Assembly: GCA_963715275.1 (NCBI GenBank)
Contig: CAVQSF010000033.1
Span: 16,004-80,003 of the forward strand
DNA: 64,000 bases
DNA from: an uncultured Planctomycetaceae bacterium
GTDB lineage: Bacteria > Planctomycetota > Planctomycetia > Pirellulales > Pirellulaceae
Direction of reading: 5' to 3'
Position 1 is the first letter of the stretch; each line of letters begins with the position of its first letter. This document shows, in pieces, positions 9,224-19,701 of the stretch. The translations under genes and the position numbers were made by a program. Below the pieces are notes generated by a model. It saw nothing but the letters and a program-made list of their open reading frames with translations. It did no database searches and had not been told where the DNA came from.

Positions 9224-10387
9224 TTACACCTGGCGCAGAGCGGTGGTGATAGGTATGCGCACGGCGTGCACGGCTGGAAAAAGTCCACCCAGCAGTCCCA
9301 TGGCTACAGCCAGAGCGACGCCTCGAAGCAGCACATCCGGACCATAACGAAACGAAAAAGTAATCTCGCTAAAAGTCGCCCAATTCGCGGTCCCAGTCGA
9401 AATCCCATTGAGTGGCAAGGTGGCCAAGCAGCCTAGGATCCCCCCCAGCAAGCAGAGGATCAGGCTTTCGCGCATGACGGCCATGATGATACTACGGCGA
9501 CTGAAGCCCATGGCCCGCAAAGCACCAATTTCACGACCTCGCGCCGACACGGCTGCATACATGGTATTGGCTGCCCCGAACATGGCACCGAAGGTAAGGA
9601 AGCCAGCAATGATGAAGCCCACGAACTTGATGGCGTACGAAGCGGACATCTGCTCGTCAAAATACTCGACTTCATCCACGACCTTCTTCTTAAACTGCTC
9701 GTCATTACGAATCCGTTTTAGCAAAGTCTGTTTGGCGGCTTCGTCACGAGCCCGAACCGTGACGGAAGAGACCGCACCGGATTGTCGTCGAGCACTGGCC
9801 AAATCGCGAATGTCGGTCCAGACCTCCGACTCGGCGGCACTCCCACCGGCTTCGAAATAGCCGACGACGGAAAAAAGTATGTTGTTGATTTCCAGCTTCT
9901 CGCCGAGTGCCAGATGTTCGAAACGCTCGGCCATATTGCGACTGGTGATCAACTCATTTACGCCGGGTTTGAGATCACGGCCTTCGACAATCATGAAGTC
10001 TGGACGCAGTTGGCGGCCGACTGGCTCCAGGCCCCGAACAATTAGATTCGTGGTGCCACCACCATTCCTTCTGGGCTTGGTTAAAATCGTCACAAACTCA
10101 CCAGAGCACAGCGGTTTTCCCTGTTCGTCCTTGGCGATGCCCTCGAGTGTGGCGACTTCCTTGGCAGTCGACTCGTCAATAAAGCTAGACGTTTCATTGT
10201 CCGAACCCTGCCGCATGACAATTAAGTCCATCGGTTCGCCACCCACGCGGAGGGCATGCTCCAATCCATCGACCATACCGAAAGTCAATACACAGGCCCA
10301 GACCACCAGCCCTGTCGCGAAGACGGTCATCAGGGTCGTGACCCAGCGTTCGCGTAAATTGCGTAGCGTGTATTTGAAAGGAATCAT
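9224..10387 (-). CDS. ABC exporter permease (MacB/FtsX family)
   Basis: NTMYAAVSARGREIGALRAMGFS; 4-TM FtsX layout. Confidence 0.88.
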   Translation of the reverse strand: MIPFKYTLRNLRERWVTTLMTVFATGLVVWACVLTFGMVDGLEHALRVGGEPMDLIVMRQGSDNETSSFIDESTAKEVATLEGIAKDEQGKPLCSGEFVTILTKPRRNGGGTTNLIVRGLEPVGRQLRPDFMIVEGRDLKPGVNELITSRNMAERFEHLALGEKLEINNILFSVVGYFEAGGSAAESEVWTDIRDLASARRQSGAVSSVTVRARDEAAKQTLLKRIRNDEQFKKKVVDEVEYFDEQMSASYAIKFVGFIIAGFLTFGAMFGAANTMYAAVSARGREIGALRAMGFSRRSIIMAVMRESLILCLLGGILGCLATLPLNGISTGTANWATFSEITFSFRYGPDVLLRGVALAVAMGLLGGLFPAVHAVRIPITTALRQV

Positions 10388-10427
10388 GATTTCGATTTTG
10401 GGTAAACGGTCTTGCTCTGCTGCTTAC

Positions 10428-11586
10428 CTACACAACTTTTCGCAGGCCATCCACCACGGATAGACTGGATGCTCTAGCTGCAGGCACAATGCCGCTGACC
10501 AAGCCGATGAGAAGGGCTGTGCCAAACACGATGATCAGCCAACTGCCAGCCATCTCGAAGACGGAAAAGGGAAAGAACTGCGCACTTATCCCGTGTAGCA
10601 TCTCCAGGCATCCGGAACCGAACATCACGCCTAGCACGCCGCCAAACAGCGCAATGGCGCAGGACTCCCCCAGGACCATCCACAGGACTCGATTCCGAGA
10701 GAACCCGATCGCCTTCAAGACGGCAATCTCCGTTGTACGTTCGCGCATCGACATGGCCATGGTATTGCCAGCCACCAGCGATAATGCAAACACGACCGCC
10801 AAGCCGATCACGCGGATGTAGGTTTGGATATTGCCCAGCATATCGGTGAACATTTGAGCAAAAGCCGCTTCGGTTTGAGTCCGTGTGGGACTGTCGGAGC
10901 TGGCGAAACGATCGTCAATCGCCTTGCTGACGACCGGCAACTGCGCCGCTGTTTCAGTCTTGAGGAAGATCGTACCTGAATTCCCCGAGGCCTCCCGCAA
11001 ATTCCGACTTGAGCAGCTCGTCCAGGTACTCCATATGAAACCAGAGCGAATCCGTAGTTTGGGGCGAGTCGAAGGTACCGACCAGATTCAATTCCAGGTT
11101 CACAGGGAAAAACGTGCCTTGAATCGGTATTCGTTCACCAATTTCCCAACCACGCTTACTGGCCAGACGGCGATCCACGACGCAACCCTGGCGATCGTTG
11201 AGCCAAGCATCGTATTGTTCTGCAGAAATGGTGAATTCGGGCCAGACGTTGAAGACCTCCTTCGCATCAGTCGCAAATTGAGCAAAGGGCATTTGCTCTT
11301 CCTTGTAGTTGCCACCGAACCAGGAGTACGGGACGGCAGCTTTTACTCCATCCATCTCGCGTACGCGATCTACATAGGCCAGCGGTACCGGACCGGAGAA
11401 ACCTTGAATATTCATTACCACCAGGCGGTTATGCTTGACCGCTTCCTTGCCCCACTGGTCCTGCATAGCCATATAGCCATACAGCACCGTCATCAGAGCC
11501 AAGCTGAATCCCACAGAGAGTATGGTCAAGCTGGACCGCAGTTTATTGCGAGTGACGTTGCGCCAAATGTATTTAATAAGTTTCAC
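10428..11586 (-). CDS. ABC exporter permease (MacB/FtsX family), split by one frameshift near 10990
   Basis: N-part RNVTRNKLRSSLT (10954-11586) plus C-part NTMAMSMRERTTEIAVLKAIGFS (10428-11000). Confidence 0.8.
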
Positions 11587-12335
11587 GCCGATTTCTCCTC
11601 GAACGCCGCGCCTTGGCCAAGCCGACTTGCTGCGACCGCTTCGACCAAGACTCCCTTTTCCAGATGAAGCAAGCGCTGAGCCCGATCCGCGGCGTTGGGA
11701 TCGTGCGTCACCATCACGATAGCCTTCTTAAAGTCCTCGTTCAATCGCTGCAGCAGATCGAGAATCTCTCCGGCGCTGGTGGCATCCAAGTCACCGGTCG
11801 GCTCGTCAGCCACTAACAGCGTCGGATCTGTAGCAATAGCTCGGGCGATCGACACGCGTTGTTCCTGGCCTCCGGACAGCTGACGTGGATAGTGAGTCAT
11901 GCGATCGGCTAGACCCACCACGTCCAGCGCCGTTTTCACATGCTCGTCACGTTCCCGCCGCGAGAGATGCGTTAGCGTCAGCGGTAATTCGACATTCTCA
12001 TATGCCGTTAGGACGGGTATCAGGTTGTACATCTGAAAGATAAATCCGATGTGGCGTGAACGCCACTTGGCAAGTTGACTTTCGGACGTCCGTCCCAGGT
12101 CCTGTCCGCAAACGAGCACTTTCCCAGAGGTTGGTCGATCCAGTCCAGCAATCAGGTTCAGCAGCGTGGACTTGCCGGAGCCGGAAGGTCCCATCAGGGC
12201 CAGGTACCCGGCTTGCTCCAAGGTCACGCTGATGCCCATCAAGACGGGGATAGTGATTGTGCCGCGGCGAAATTCTTTGTAGACGTCTTCGACCACAACG
12301 ACCATTTCGTCAGCGGTACTTGCTTGTTCAGTCAA
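11583..12335 (-). CDS. ABC exporter ATP-binding protein (LolD/MacB-like)
   Basis: GPSGSGKST, LSGGQEQR, ADEPTGDLD. Confidence 0.92.
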   Translation of the reverse strand: MTEQASTADEMVVVVEDVYKEFRRGTITIPVLMGISVTLEQAGYLALMGPSGSGKSTLLNLIAGLDRPTSGKVLVCGQDLGRTSESQLAKWRSRHIGFIFQMYNLIPVLTAYENVELPLTLTHLSRRERDEHVKTALDVVGLADRMTHYPRQLSGGQEQRVSIARAIATDPTLLVADEPTGDLDATSAGEILDLLQRLNEDFKKAIVMVTHDPNAADRAQRLLHLEKGVLVEAVAASRLGQGAAFEEKSA

Positions 12336-12364
12336 AGCTCAGTTCCCTTATTCGGCATGAATAT

Positions 12365-13672
12365 CTATTGCAACACCTTGACCAACTGACCGTCGAGGAG
12401 CTCCTCTGACGCGATGACCACGGTCTCATCTCCGCTCAGCCCGGACAGTATTTCGGTCCTGCGGTCACGACTGGCTCCGAGTGTCACCGGCACGCGGGTT
12501 GTGTGCTTTGAATCGTCAAGCTGCCAGACGAATGCGCCGCCAGTTGAATCCTCTTGAATTGCCGACTGATCGATAAACACTCGAGGTTTCTCATCGACTC
12601 GAACTGTCTGGCTCTCGTCAGGCGGTAGAAAAAACACGGTAGCGCTCATATCCGGAAACAGCTTCTCATCCGCGTCCAGGATTTCCGCCTTGACCTTGAT
12701 AGTGGCCCGCGCACGGTCTCCCATGGGGATGATCTTGCGCACACGCGAACGGTAGCGTACGTTCGGAACTGCATCGACTGCCACCTCAGCCGCCTGCCCC
12801 TCTTGAATGCGGCTGATGTAGTCCTCTTTGACATCGCAATCGACTTCCAGATGATCCAAGTCAGCAATCGTCAGCACGGAGCCTCGTCCAGAGGCATCTC
12901 CCATCCCCCCGGGCAAGATCGACTCGCCAACCTCTCCGTCTTTCGAGATCACGGTGCCGTCGAAGGGCGCATGGACAAAGGTGTTCTCTCTCATCTGCTC
13001 GGCCTCATCCACGCGAGCTTGCGCCAAGTCAAAGGCTGCTTCCAATGTTTTCACCCTGGCCACGGCGCCTTGGTAAGAAAACTGGGCGGCTTCGAACTCT
13101 TCCGTTGAGATGGAATTGTTTTTGCGAAGATCTGTCGCCCGCTCGAAAACCGATTTGCTACTGGCCACGGCGATACGTTGCTCTTCGATTTCGGCGAGAG
13201 ACCGCGCGGCGGTTGCTTTGGCAGCCGCGATGGCAGCATCCAAATCGGCATGCTCCAAAACCGCGAGTAGTTGATCCTTCTTGACGCGTGCCCCCTCTTC
13301 AACGAGCACGGCTTCGATGCGTCCCGCAACTCGGGCACCAATCCTGGCCTGGCGTCTCGACTCCAGATAGCCCGTGGCTACCACGGTAGCGTCGGCAGAA
13401 CGACCGGATTCGACGGAAAGGCGTGCTAGCCGGACCTCGGGACGAGGCTGTATCGCTTCGGGTATAGCGATGCCCAGATTGTTGGACGACAGCCAGCCTT
13501 GTTGTATACCCAGCCAGATTAACCACAAAGCAACGACCACCGTGCCCGCGACGACTGCCAACCACTTCAAGGCTTGCGCCAAGCCGGACCGAGGACGCTG
13601 CTGCGGATCGTCGCGCTTGATGCGCAGCTTTGATAGCGGGTCGTTACTGTTCGAACTAGGTGCCGTGGCCAC
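12365..13672 (-). CDS. Efflux membrane-fusion (periplasmic adaptor) protein
   Basis: ATGYLESRRQARIG, coiled coil, APFDGTV; GTG start approximate. Confidence 0.85.
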   Translation of the reverse strand: MATAPSSNSNDPLSKLRIKRDDPQQRPRSGLAQALKWLAVVAGTVVVALWLIWLGIQQGWLSSNNLGIAIPEAIQPRPEVRLARLSVESGRSADATVVATGYLESRRQARIGARVAGRIEAVLVEEGARVKKDQLLAVLEHADLDAAIAAAKATAARSLAEIEEQRIAVASSKSVFERATDLRKNNSISTEEFEAAQFSYQGAVARVKTLEAAFDLAQARVDEAEQMRENTFVHAPFDGTVISKDGEVGESILPGGMGDASGRGSVLTIADLDHLEVDCDVKEDYISRIQEGQAAEVAVDAVPNVRYRSRVRKIIPMGDRARATIKVKAEILDADEKLFPDMSATVFFLPPDESQTVRVDEKPRVFIDQSAIQEDSTGGAFVWQLDDSKHTTRVPVTLGASRDRRTEILSGLSGDETVVIASEELLDGQLVKVLQ

Positions 13673-13911
13673 GTTCCAAAAGACTCTATGAATGAAATTG
13701 GGCAATTGAGAGCATGACCAGACCGTTCGCAGGGCAAAGCAATTCGGAAAAGGATGGCACGCATCCACACAGCGGGCTACCACGCTTGACGCTCGCCTGA
13801 TCCCGACTCATCATACCCCACCGACACTGCAATGCAATTGACAAAACGGTGGTAGCAAGGTTAGGTGGTTTATCCAACTGACAGAAGGTTGTGCCCAGCC
13901 GCCGCGACCTG

Positions 13912-13962
13912 ACCATGGGACCATCGACACCATGGGACCATCGACACCATGGGACCATCGAC
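13912..13962. repeat. Perfect 17-bp tandem repeat x3 (ACCATGGGACCATCGAC)
   Basis: Three exact copies in the divergent MFP/ZIP intergenic region. Confidence 0.95.
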
Positions 13963-14077
13963 CGGAATCCGTGTGCGATGGACACGACAGCCTCTAGATA
14001 GACCTAGTTTGCCGACTTGAGAGCATTGACAAGTCGGACCTTAAATGAATTCGGTGATGTGAAAGTGGTGCTGATTC

Positions 14078-14890
14078 ATGGTCGAATCGTTTATTTCATG
14101 GCACCCAGTTTGGCAGGCGCTGATGGCGGGTCTGTTCACTTGGTTCGTTACCGCCCTGGGTGCTGCTGGCGTTTTCTTGAGTCGTAGCATCAGCCGCAAG
14201 CTGCTGGACGGCATGCTCGGTTTTTCAGGGGGCGTGATGTTGGCGGCCAGTTTTTGGTCTCTGCTAGCACCGGCCATTGCCATCGCGGAACGTGGCGATC
14301 TACCATCTTGGTTGCCTCCGGCCGTCGGCTTTTTGTCGGGGGGTGCCCTGCTGTGGGTGCTCGACAAGGCTTTGCCGCACTTGCACCTCGGTTTTCCAAT
14401 CGAAGAAGCCGAAGGTCCGAAGACTGCTTGGAGACGCGCGGTGCTCTTGGTAACAGCCATCACGCTGCACAATATTCCCGAGGGCTTGGCCGTGGGCGTA
14501 GCCTTTGGAGGAGTCATTTCCGGGGTACCTGAGGCCAGTACAGCGGCAGCGGTAGCCCTGGCCGTGGGTATAGGCATTCAGAACTTCCCCGAGGGCGTGG
14601 CCGTCGCCATGCCATTGCGGGCCGAGGGGATGGGACGTTTCAAGAGTTTCTGGTACGGACAGCTGTCCGCCGTCGTGGAACCAGTCGCCGCTGTGCTGGG
14701 TGCGTCACTGGTCGCGTTTGCCGCGCCCGTCTTGCCTTACGCGCTGAGCTTTGCTGCCGGGGCGATGGTGTATGTGGTCGTCGAGGAACTGATTCCCGAG
14801 GCGGAACGAGGTGGCAACGTCGACCTGGCGACGATCTTTCTCATGCTGGGTTTCGTTACCATGATGGTGCTGGACGTAGCGCTCGGTTGA
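14078..14890 (+). CDS. ZIP family (GufA/ZupT-like) metal transporter
   Basis: [37 protein letters not shown]. Confidence 0.92.
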   Translation: MVESFISWHPVWQALMAGLFTWFVTALGAAGVFLSRSISRKLLDGMLGFSGGVMLAASFWSLLAPAIAIAERGDLPSWLPPAVGFLSGGALLWVLDKALPHLHLGFPIEEAEGPKTAWRRAVLLVTAITLHNIPEGLAVGVAFGGVISGVPEASTAAAVALAVGIGIQNFPEGVAVAMPLRAEGMGRFKSFWYGQLSAVVEPVAAVLGASLVAFAAPVLPYALSFAAGAMVYVVVEELIPEAERGGNVDLATIFLMLGFVTMMVLDVALG

Positions 14891-14920
14891 ACAATGCTGA
14901 ATACGGCAAGCAAAGCGTAG

Positions 14921-16873
14921 CTACTTGTTCTTCTGCTTGCCCTTGGCGGGGCCAGCAGCTCGCTTTTTTTTACCCTTGCCTTTCTTGAATTTTTCTCCGG
15001 CCGGAAGACTCGAGAAAGCCTTGGCGGCTTGCGGTCCACGGCTTTTCCCCTTTCGGGACTTCGGCCCGCCGGAATCCGTATCGTGGGTGAAGGTCCGCTG
15101 ATGAACGTAGGGGCGGATACTCAACTGCCGACCTGAAACCCAGGTGCGCTGCAGTGTGTTAATCGCTTCGTGCGGCACATCTGCCGGAAGGTCGATCGTC
15201 GAGTAGTCGTCACAGATATTAATCGGGCCGATGGCACTGCCAGCAATGCCGGCCTCATTGGCTACCGCGCCGACGATGTTTCCAGGCTTTACACCGTCTT
15301 TGTAGCCAACTCCTACCCAGTAACGTTTCATCCCGGCTTGCGGCCGGCCGAGGGACTTGCGCGGGCGTCGTCCCTCTCCGTCTCGATCACGAGGACGTTT
15401 GTCGCCATGAGTACGACTGGACTCAAAGCTCTTCGTCGCGGCCTGTCGTCGTGGTCCGTCTTTCGCCAGTAGCGGCCTTCCGCCCTGTGCCAGATGGGCC
15501 AAGGCGGCGGCGATTAATTCCAGTGGTTGTCCGGTCTGCTCGGAGTAGTCACTGATAATTTTTTGATACAGTGCGGTGTCGGGGTGATCGCACGACTTGC
15601 CGATTTGCTGCTTGAAGCGTTCGATGCGGGCCGCGTTGATTTCCTTCGCAGTCGGAGGCTCGATGACGCGGATCTTTTGCTTGGTGACTCTCTCAATGAG
15701 TCGTAGTTTTCCCTGCTGGCGGTGCGTCAGGAAAATCACCGCGACCCCACTCCGCCCCGCACGTCCAGTCCGACCGATCCGGTGCACATAGGATTCGCCG
15801 TCATGCGGCAGGTCAAAGTTAAAAACGTGGCTGATGCGTTGTACATCGAGCCCGCGAGCGGCCACATCCGTGGCCACCAGAATATCCAAGTGACCGGACT
15901 TTAGTTGATCGACGGTCCGCTGCCTGCGGGCTTGAGGCAGATCGCCGTTGAGCGCGGCCGCGCGCAGGCCCAAGTCCGCTAGTTTCTCAGCGACGCGCAC
16001 CGTCGAATCCTTGGTCTTCGTGAAAACGATGACTCCATCCGTATCCTCTAATTCAAGCAGTCGTGACAGCAGTTCAAGCTTATCCCGCTCCTCCACGAAC
16101 ACACATCGCTGTTCGATGGAATCCGCGGTAAGTGTTTTGTGGCCGATCGTCACGGACGCAGGATTGCGCAAATATTGGTCCGCGATTCTGCGGATGGGAT
16201 CGGGCATGGTTGCCGAGAACAGAGCGATTTGTTTTTCCTTGGGCGTCTGGTTCAGCACGAACTCAACGTCTTCGATGAACCCCAGATTGAGCATCTCGTC
16301 CGCTTCGTCCAACACCAGGCAGCGGATTTCGTCCAGCTTGAGCGTCCCACGTCGAATATGATCCAATACGCGTCCCGGTGTGCCAACAACGATTTGGGCT
16401 CCGCGTTTCAGCATGCGTAGTTGTGGCTCATAGTCCGCGCCTCCGTAAATGGCTGCTACGCGCAGTTTGGGCAGGCAGGCTCCGTACGTTTCAAACGACT
16501 TGGCGACTTGAGTGGCCAGCTCTCGCGTGGGAGCCAGCACCAGTACCTGAGGATTGCGCTGTTGTTCGTCCAGCTGTGAAAGGATCGGCAGTGCGAAGGC
16601 CGCGGTCTTGCCAGTGCCGGTCTGCGACTGAGCCAGCACATCTCGGCCTGCCAGCATCAGCGGGACGATTTCAGCTTGGACTGCTGTGGGTACGACATAC
16701 CCCGACATTTCCACGGCCAGCTGCAGCTCTTGCCGTAGCGGTAGGTCGCGGAACAGAAATTTGTCAGTGGCCGGAATGCCAGTGGCCGGAATGCCAGGGG
16801 CCGGAATGTCAGTGGCCGGAATGCCAGGGGCCGGAATGGCTGCAGGCGCATCGATTACGTCAACATCGCTCAT
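14921..16873 (-). CDS. deaD: DEAD-box RNA helicase DeaD/CsdA
   Basis: QTGTGKT, PTRELA, DEAD, SAT, HRIGRTGRAG, DbpA domain (KPGNIVGAVANE), basic tail. Confidence 0.92.
   Translation of the reverse strand: MSDVDVIDAPAAIPAPGIPATDIPAPGIPATGIPATDKFLFRDLPLRQELQLAVEMSGYVVPTAVQAEIVPLMLAGRDVLAQSQTGTGKTAAFALPILSQLDEQQRNPQVLVLAPTRELATQVAKSFETYGACLPKLRVAAIYGGADYEPQLRMLKRGAQIVVGTPGRVLDHIRRGTLKLDEIRCLVLDEADEMLNLGFIEDVEFVLNQTPKEKQIALFSATMPDPIRRIADQYLRNPASVTIGHKTLTADSIEQRCVFVEERDKLELLSRLLELEDTDGVIVFTKTKDSTVRVAEKLADLGLRAAALNGDLPQARRQRTVDQLKSGHLDILVATDVAARGLDVQRISHVFNFDLPHDGESYVHRIGRTGRAGRSGVAVIFLTHRQQGKLRLIERVTKQKIRVIEPPTAKEINAARIERFKQQIGKSCDHPDTALYQKIISDYSEQTGQPLELIAAALAHLAQGGRPLLAKDGPRRQAATKSFESSRTHGDKRPRDRDGEGRRPRKSLGRPQAGMKRYWVGVGYKDGVKPGNIVGAVANEAGIAGSAIGPINICDDYSTIDLPADVPHEAINTLQRTWVSGRQLSIRPYVHQRTFTHDTDSGGPKSRKGKSRGPQAAKAFSSLPAGEKFKKGKGKKKRAAGPAKGKQKNK
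16765..16839 (-). repeat. 15-bp tandem repeat x5 encoding IPAPG/IPATD/IPATG units at the DeaD N-terminus
   Basis: CAG(T/G)GGCCGGAATG(C/T/G) units. Confidence 0.9.
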
Positions 16874-17398
16874 GGAATTACTCTTCGGGAAACACGGAAT
16901 AGTCCGGCAGTAGAGCCCCGCCGACACAACTGGTGTCCAGTTGGCCGCAGCGAGGTCGTTCAGCCTGTCAGGATTGTTAGGATTTGTCTGTTCAACTCGA
17001 ACAGTGTTGTTTGCGATTCGAGAACTTGGGCCCTTTCGCCCGCCGCAAGGTTGGTTTGCGGTGAGGCACGAATCGCATGCGGGAATAGAACATCCGCTAG
17101 GCTTGAACTCAGAAATTCGCAGTCAGTCACTTAAGACGCTGCTCAAGTTACTACACTTTGCAACGGCGCGATAGCCGAAATTGGATCTCGGCCGATACCC
17201 AGGTTTTTCCTACAGCGATAAATAATCTGGGCAGTCGCTTGAAAAGCCGCTCGGCGGCCTTAGGGCCCGAAACTCAACCCTTAGCCCAGCCAACGGCGGC
17301 TCACTTGGACGCCGACAGCCGACGCTAAGGCTTTGAGGTACATTGGTGGGGCGACCGCGCGCGATAAACGGCCTGCCTCTTTTCCAGCCCACAGTCCG

Positions 17399-17422
17399 AA
17401 AGCAGACGCTTCTTCTGCTTTT
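17399..17422. terminator. Probable intrinsic terminator downstream of the PPase gene
   Basis: AAAGCAGA-N7-TCTGCTTT(T) hairpin ~30 bp past the stop. Confidence 0.45.
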
Positions 17423-17452
17423 AGTCGATACTCCGAGCGGCACTGTTGTGCA

Positions 17453-19138
17453 CTAATGATCCGCCAACGTCGTCATGGAAGCAGCCTCGGCGGCGGCGTT
17501 TTCGAGCAATTGAGTGATCAGTGGTAGCAACTGCTTCTTGCGACTGACCACTCCATCCAGCTTGTACAGGTGTCGTTCCAGCGTGGGAAAGTTGATGGCT
17601 TCCCAAAACTCTGGTTCGTGCGAGAGCAACAACATACTGCCGTTGCTCATAATATCGGTGATCAGCAAGGCCGAGAAAGCAAGTTTGCGTCGTTTGGTCA
17701 GGTTGACGAGTGCCGCGTGCAGTTCCTCCCGCCTATCCCAGAATAGTTCGAAACCAATTTCTTCAATCTGGGAAATCGAAAAGTGATGGCCTCGATCATG
17801 AAACTCCTTGCAGTCCTCAACGACAACTTGCTCCGCTGGATGCGTACGCAAGGCGGAACCGACTTCGAAGAACTCCTGAATAAATTGGTCCATGTCGATC
17901 ACGCTGTGGGAACTTAGCCAGCCCAACGTTTGTCGATCCACGTCTGTGGTCGTCGGGGATCGTAAGTTCAAAGTATCTGAAATGATCCCGGAGGCCATGC
18001 ACAGCGCAATGGAGGGCGAGGGATCAATTCCAGCCGCCCGGAATTGCCTGGCGACCAGCGTGCAGGTTGATCCCACGGGTTCATTGACGAATCGAATTGG
18101 TTGGTCGGACTTTAGACTACCTCCCAAGCGATGGTGGTCTAAGACCTCCACAATCTCCGACTCGTCAGCTCCTAACACGGCTTGCGTCAATTCGTTATGG
18201 TCCACCAATACCAATTGCGCTTTGGGTGGCTTGATCAAATCCGATTTGGACAGCACTCCAAAAAGTTTTCCATGATCGTCGAGTACGGGAAAAATTCGCT
18301 GCGGCGATCGCTCTAGAATACTCCGCGCGTCAGCCACAGGCATTTTTGCGGCCAGTGTTTCACAGTCCTTCTGAATCGCGGAATCAATGCGACGCGCCGA
18401 CTTGATGCGCATCGTCGTCGTGGCCGTGTCGAAGGGGCTGGTAATTACGGTAACCCCATTCAGCTGTGCGAGCTGCAGCAGGCCCGGGGACAATTCGTAA
18501 CCGCCGGTCACCACCAGAACGCGGACGCCGTGCTCCAGAGCAGGCAACTGGATCGTCGGGCGATTACCGCTAACCACCAGCGACCGGGCAGGCGGAAACT
18601 GATGTAGGCGCTGCGTAAAGCCTTCGGCACTCATCGCCCCCACCATAACTAACAGATCTTCGTGCTTTTCTGGATCGACTGAGTGTTGCAATTCTCCATT
18701 CAATACTCCGCATATCTTGCTGACCGAACTTTGAACACGGCGCGCAAGAACGGGATCATCGTCTCCTTCGAAAATAACCTGGAGCAAGCCGAGTAGCGTC
18801 AGGATGCCCACGAATCGTTCTTGGCGATCGAGAACGGGTACCGCACTGATGCTGTGCTCTTTCATCCGTTCGTAAACCTCGTGGAATACTTCGTCGTCGT
18901 GGGCTACGATCGGCGAGCGGCGGCAGGCATGTGATACTTCGGGGCGCACATCCATGATGATCCTCGGCGCCGCCATGCCGGCCCGACGTAGCGCGTATTC
19001 CGTCCGCTGATTCGGAGTTCCGCAGCAAGCTGCGATCGCATCGGGCCGCGTTGTGCGTCGCAAGAGGTCGGCATAAGCCAGGGCAGCGCAAATCGCGTCG
19101 GTATCGGGGTTCTTATGGCCGAAAACGTAAACCGTCAT
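17453..19138 (-). CDS. ppaC: Mn-dependent family II inorganic pyrophosphatase with CBS and DRTGG domains
   Basis: GHKNPDTDAI, LVDHNE, LDHHR, EPVGSTCT, SDTL, VSRKKQ. Confidence 0.9.
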   Translation of the reverse strand: MTVYVFGHKNPDTDAICAALAYADLLRRTTRPDAIAACCGTPNQRTEYALRRAGMAAPRIIMDVRPEVSHACRRSPIVAHDDEVFHEVYERMKEHSISAVPVLDRQERFVGILTLLGLLQVIFEGDDDPVLARRVQSSVSKICGVLNGELQHSVDPEKHEDLLVMVGAMSAEGFTQRLHQFPPARSLVVSGNRPTIQLPALEHGVRVLVVTGGYELSPGLLQLAQLNGVTVITSPFDTATTTMRIKSARRIDSAIQKDCETLAAKMPVADARSILERSPQRIFPVLDDHGKLFGVLSKSDLIKPPKAQLVLVDHNELTQAVLGADESEIVEVLDHHRLGGSLKSDQPIRFVNEPVGSTCTLVARQFRAAGIDPSPSIALCMASGIISDTLNLRSPTTTDVDRQTLGWLSSHSVIDMDQFIQEFFEVGSALRTHPAEQVVVEDCKEFHDRGHHFSISQIEEIGFELFWDRREELHAALVNLTKRRKLAFSALLITDIMSNGSMLLLSHEPEFWEAINFPTLERHLYKLDGVVSRKKQLLPLITQLLENAAAEAASMTTLADH

Positions 19139-19477
19139 ACTGCTAGTGGTCTTTGTTGATGAAGGTCTGATGGTTCTTTCGCGAACGGCAAGCGAAAAGA
19201 TCCGGCAACTTCGCTGAGCCGAGCTGATAGTCACAACAGGGAAGAGAATTGCGATCGCCCTTCCAGGATGACTACCCGTCGGCCGTTAGTCGATGCCAGT
19301 TGGGAGGAAAGGCCGCAGCTTTTGGCCACAACTCGCCACTCTCCCCAAGGGGGTCGTGCCGGAGGATCTGAGCTAGAGGATCCTTGGGTTGCCAGCCTTC
19401 CCCTTCGGATGCGTAGCACAATTGATCCCAACACCTTCTTCACCGAATAGCGTTGAAAAAAATTGAATTTTCTGCAC

Positions 19478-19507
19478 TTGATTTTTTAGAACCCTCTGTG
19501 CCATACT
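19478..19507 (+). promoter_or_regulatory. Candidate sigma70 promoter for dnaG-rpoD
   Basis: TTGATT-N18-CATACT with TGn extended -10 and AT-rich upstream tract. Confidence 0.45.
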
Positions 19508-19701
19508 TCGCAGCAGCGTAACGGATTGCGCTGTTCGCGGTGCGGGCCCCAGTACCCAAAGCTGGACCTCGACCTGCGAATCATGCAGGAGGCAACCTCT
19601 TACGACACGGCGGCCGTGGTCCTAGCGAGTCGTTGACAAGAAGTTATGATCGTGGAACGTCTTCTTTGACGCAGACACCCTGAGCATTCAGGGAATGATC
19701 C

